A DNA stretch of 64,000 nt from the NCBI RefSeq assembly GCF_963921235.1, contig NC_086101.1, forward strand, positions 4,404,001 to 4,468,000, written 5' to 3'. The notes under the pieces are model-generated. The model had not been told where the DNA came from. It made no database searches and saw nothing but the letters and a program-made list of their open reading frames with translations. This DNA is from Mobula hypostoma. Taxonomy: Eukaryota. The position numbers and the translations under genes are program-made. Of the stretch, positions 1-64,000 are shown one piece after another (position 1 is the first letter of the stretch; every line of letters starts with the position of its first letter).

Positions 1-131
1 CTATCAGCCTCCACTTTAAGTATACCCAATGGCACCCGTTTGTGGCAATGAATTCCACAGATCCACTACAGAGCCAGCCTGTCGTCTCTTCTCACAGCCC
101 TCAGCATATTGTTTCCTTTCTGCTGCCACAG

Positions 132-59968
<59,837 letters not shown>

Positions 59969-60122
59969 GCCCCTCGCTGTCATCAGTCACTTCCTCTCCC
60001 CCGAACTATGCAGCATTAAGAGAACATTCCTCCACCACCGCCCTCACCTCGCTCCATACCCTCTCGGAAATTCTGGGCCATCACGGAGGAGGCTGGTTAA
60101 CCTGCCCAGGAGTTAATACTGT

Positions 60123-60400
60123 GGGGTGCCACGGTAGTGTAGTGGTTAGTGCAATGTTAGTACAACTTGGAATTACGGAGTTGGCAGTTCGATTCCAGTG
60201 TCCTCTGTAAGCGAGTTTGTATGTTCCTTCCCGTGTGTGCCAGTTTCCTCTGGGTGCCCCCGTTTCGTCCCCCACTCCAAAGATGTACCGGTTAGTAGGT
60301 GAATTGGTCATTGTAAATTCCCCTGTAATTAGGATAGCTGGGCGGCGAGTTTCAAAGGGCTAGCAGGGCCTGTTCCACACTGTATCTCTAAGTAAATAAA
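60123..60400 (+). mobile_element. tRNA-derived SINE downstream of the EHMT2 stop codon
   Basis: A-box-like ggtagtgtagtgg, B-box-like gttcgattcc, 3' end ctgtatctctaagtaaataaa; minus-strand relatives at ~2545-2785, 6340-6570, 57205-57390. Confidence 0.7.
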
Positions 60401-62495
60401 TTAAACTTTCGGTGAAACTTGGCAGGTCATTCTGCATCTCTGCAAATGGAGAATGGAGTTTTCAGACCAAGACCCAAATGAGTCCTGATGAAGGGTCTCA
60501 GCCCGGAACTTCCACTCTTTATTCTTCTCCATGGATGCTGCCTGACCTGCTGAGTTCCTCCAACATTTTGTGTGTGTTGTCTCTGGTTGGATGTTTTCCT
60601 TCCGACACTGAGGTGGGGAGGTTAACCACCTGCGTTATACCCCATCAGTGCCAGAATGTGACCAATCTCCTTTGCCACAGGGACTGTTATCATCCGGGAG
60701 ATCGTCAGATTTGCTGTGTGTCTTAAACTGTCAATTTTAAATCTTGCATTGTGCTGTAGAAACCAGTATTTAATGCCAGCCTGTGTGGACTTGAGTCAGG
60801 TTGTGGTGCAAAAGGAGGAGAGGAGGGGAATGTTCTGGGTTCATCCATCTGAAAGGGATGGTGGGCAAAGTGTCGGAGGAGCATCAGGGACCTGTACGGA
60901 GGCACACGAGGGAACCCTGTAGGGGGAGAGTATGGAGGAGCGTCCTTTAGCACTCCCAGACCCTCGCTGGCTTAAGGCCATAATTAGGCCATTTGGCTGT
61001 GTAATTCTAACATGGCTGATTTATTATCCCTCTCACCCCGTTCTCTTGCCTTCTCTCAGTATCTGTGACTAATCAAAACCTATTCACCTCCACTTTTGAA
61101 TACACCCAATGATTTGGCCTCCACGGCCTTCTGTTCCAATTCCATAGATTCACCAACCTCTGGCTAAAGAAATTCCTTCTCATCTCTGTTCTAAATGTAT
61201 ATCCCTCTATTCTGAGGCTGTGCCCTCTGGTCCTACTCTCCCACTAAATGAAAATCTTCTCCATATCCACTCTATCTAGGCCTTATGTCATTGGAACCTA
61301 CTGAATGTGGAACTTCAATGAGTACAGACTTAGAGCAATCTTAACACTCCTCGGCATTAACCCTTTCTTTCCTGGGATCATTCCCGTAAACCTCCTCTAG
61401 ATATGGGACCACTTGGATCTGATCTGTCTGGCCTTCTGTGTCCTGGGCCCACTTGAGACCATCACTGCCCTTTTCCTATATCCTTGGCTACAGAAAGCTC
61501 CTCCTGTTCCTGTCTGTCTCAAACATCCTCTTGAGAATGTGGAACTGATCTGCCTCCTTGAACCACACTGTCCTTCAGATGAACGTTCCCCACCCCAGTC
61601 GTTTGGGAGCGTAAGTGGCAGACTTCCAAATTAGGAAGGTCATAGCAACATAGACCTCAGAAATAGGCCCTTTGACCCATCTATTCTGTGCTGACTTGTG
61701 AGGAGAAAGGCAGATTGTGGCATTCCCCCCATTTCAGCGGCCTTGCCCTACTATGGGAAGGTGACAGTGGATTTGGAAGGATGGTACCAAGGGAGAGTCA
61801 TACTGTGGGAGGGGTAATGCGGAGGTAGTTGCCGACATTTGGTTGGGACGTTATACTGCCAATATTCCCACCACATTCGTGGAGGATCAGGCGACATTTG
61901 CAGGAGCACCAGACAATGATTAATTCCCGCTATCCCAGTCCCATCGGTGGGAGCACAGAGAAACTGCAGCTGGGATTACATTCCCCAGATGGAACAACAG
62001 CACTTGCAGAGGCTGTAAAGTGAAGTGCAAAGTCCCCCTTCTTCCTAGAGAGAAGAACCCAACCCCTTGTCTGTTCAAGGTTATCTAAAGACAACTCGAG
62101 GTCGAGTCTTTTGAGGTGGTTTGATATGCAGTTAATGATGTCCTTTAAGTTATTTTCTCTAATCTTGTAGTAGATAGAATTTGGCCTGAAGCCTCAAGAA
62201 GTGTGTTCTAACATTACCCCCCACCCCCCTCACCGCATACTCTACAGAGGCACAGTGGCCATTTCCCGAGTCCCAGTTTGTGATTCAGTTCGGCACAGAT
62301 GAGAGCGAGACTGCTGTCTCATGTATCGGTAGGGGTCACAGTATCAGTGTGCCTGATTGAGACCGGTAAGCAGTTATAAAGAAATGTACTAGCTCCAGTA
62401 ACCTACCCTTCCAAAAATGAATTACATACTTCTTGTCATTTTTTTAAAATGTGCTCATCTGGATCTGAGGGTTTAATTTCTGTTCAAAAGTGTTC

Positions 62496-62501
62496 ATTAA
62501 A
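62496..62501 (+). terminator. Candidate EHMT2 polyadenylation signal (ATTAAA)
   Basis: ATTAAA in AU-rich, apparently non-repeat sequence, followed ~10-20 nt later by gctgtgtttttttt (GU/U-rich element). Confidence 0.35.
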
Positions 62502-64000
62502 GAATCTTATGCTGTGTTTTTTTTAATATAAAATTGGCTTGCTTAGTTTATTGGCCATCTATGTGTAGTGACATATTGTTATACCGGGACCAAGGGTGCA
62601 CAATTCACAATCCAGTTCAATATCACTGGCAGATGTCTCGGAAGCTGAACATTGCAATACATAATAATAAAAACATTTTGTATATACACATGGGGTAATC
62701 CCAGGAAGTAAGTTTTACAAAAAACAGTGAGGTGTGTTCACGGCTTCATGGACCTTCCGGAAATAGGATGGCAGAGGGGAAGAAATTGTTCCTAAAATGT
62801 TAAGTGTGTGCCTTCAGGCTCTTGTATCTCCTTGATGGTAGTAATAAAAAGAGGGCCTGATGGGTGAGGGGGGTCCTTTTCCCCAAACTTCAAATGAAAT
62901 GTTGCCAGCGTTGTGCCTTCTTTGTAATTGCATCAGTCTGGAGGACAAGACCTTCTGTATGTATGCCTTGATGGTGCAAAGGCTGGCACAACACTGTGTG
63001 CTGAAAGGCCCACACTGCACAGTTCCACGGATAATAATCTGCTTGTAGAATGCAGCAGGTCAAGCAGCGCGGGTGTCAGGAGTTCTTGATGTTTCAGGCT
63101 GTGCATGCTTTTGACAACGTCATTTGGAGTATTGTGCTCAGTTCTGCAGAAGTTTTAGAGAGGGTGCAGAGGAGATTTACCGGAATGGACCTGGATTAGA
63201 GAGCACGTCTCATTAGGATAGATTGAATGAGCTTTGACTTTTCTCTTTGGAGCGAAGGATGATAAGAGGTGACTTGATAGAAGTTTACAAAACACACATC
63301 GAATGGACAGCCGGAGACTTTTCCCCAGGGCTGAAATGTCAATATGAGGGGGCATAATTTTAAGGAATTTGGAGGAAAATATAGGGGAAATGTCAGAGGT
63401 AAGTTTACGCAGAGAACAGTGGAACACCCTGCCAGAAGTGATGGTAGAGGCAGATACATTAGGAATATTTAAAAGAGACTCGGATAGACACATGGATGAA
63501 CAAAAGCTAGGGTTTTATGAATGGGAAGGTTGATCGTGGAGTGGGTTAAAAAATCAGCACAACATTGTCGGCTGAATGGCCTGCACTGTTCCCACTGTGG
63601 ACATGGGGAGTGAGATGGAAAACATTCAATAAGCAATCTTGCCACTCTCACATAGAATGCTGGAGGAACTCAGCAAGTCAGGCAGTGTCTATGGAAGAAA
63701 GTAAACACACACACACACATGCACCCACCCACCCACCCACCCCTCAACCCACTGAGTTCCTCCAGCAAATAACCTGTTGCTCCAGATGACAACATCTGGA
63801 GCCCCTTATTTCTCTAGTATTGCACAGGGTTTGCTCGGACCACCACCAGGTTAGGGGGTGGGGAAGGGTGAACTTACGTGCCCTATGTTTATGAGTGGTT
63901 TTGTGCATTTCGTGAGGATCAGTGTAGCTCTCATTTGTGGGTTAGTGGAACCTGGAACAATCTCAGGTCGGAGATAAGCTGGCACACTGGTTGAGCATCT

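Noticed and set aside
60123..60200. tRNA gene
   Set aside because: A/B-box head of a degenerate SINE; no cloverleaf is supportable.
61400..64000. A second gene downstream of EHMT2
   Set aside because: No recognisable exons; only UTR-like sequence and TE remnants.

Overview
Eukaryotic genomic DNA from a vertebrate. The repeat families suggest a cartilaginous fish, probably a ray or shark (inference). The window holds the 3' two-thirds of an EHMT2/G9a histone H3K9 methyltransferase gene on the + strand: 15 coding exons from 132 to the stop at 59968, all GT-AG and phase-compatible, about 628 aa, covering the ankyrin repeats, pre-SET, SET and post-SET. The introns are packed with CR1-type LINEs, Rex1/Babar-like LINEs, Penelope-like elements (PLEs), tRNA-derived SINEs, two solo LTRs, Tigger/Tc1/hAT MITEs, minisatellites and a ~3.1 kb polypyrimidine tract. 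The most notable signal is a family of short PLE-derived insertions. They carry minimal hammerhead-ribozyme motifs, have two inverted arms with 3' ends facing outward (only one arm has the ~35-45 nt terminal tail), and repeatedly show 13-bp target-site duplications. Tail-only micro-insertions also occur. There is no prokaryotic or CRISPR system. I cannot show that anything here is truly undescribed without database searches.
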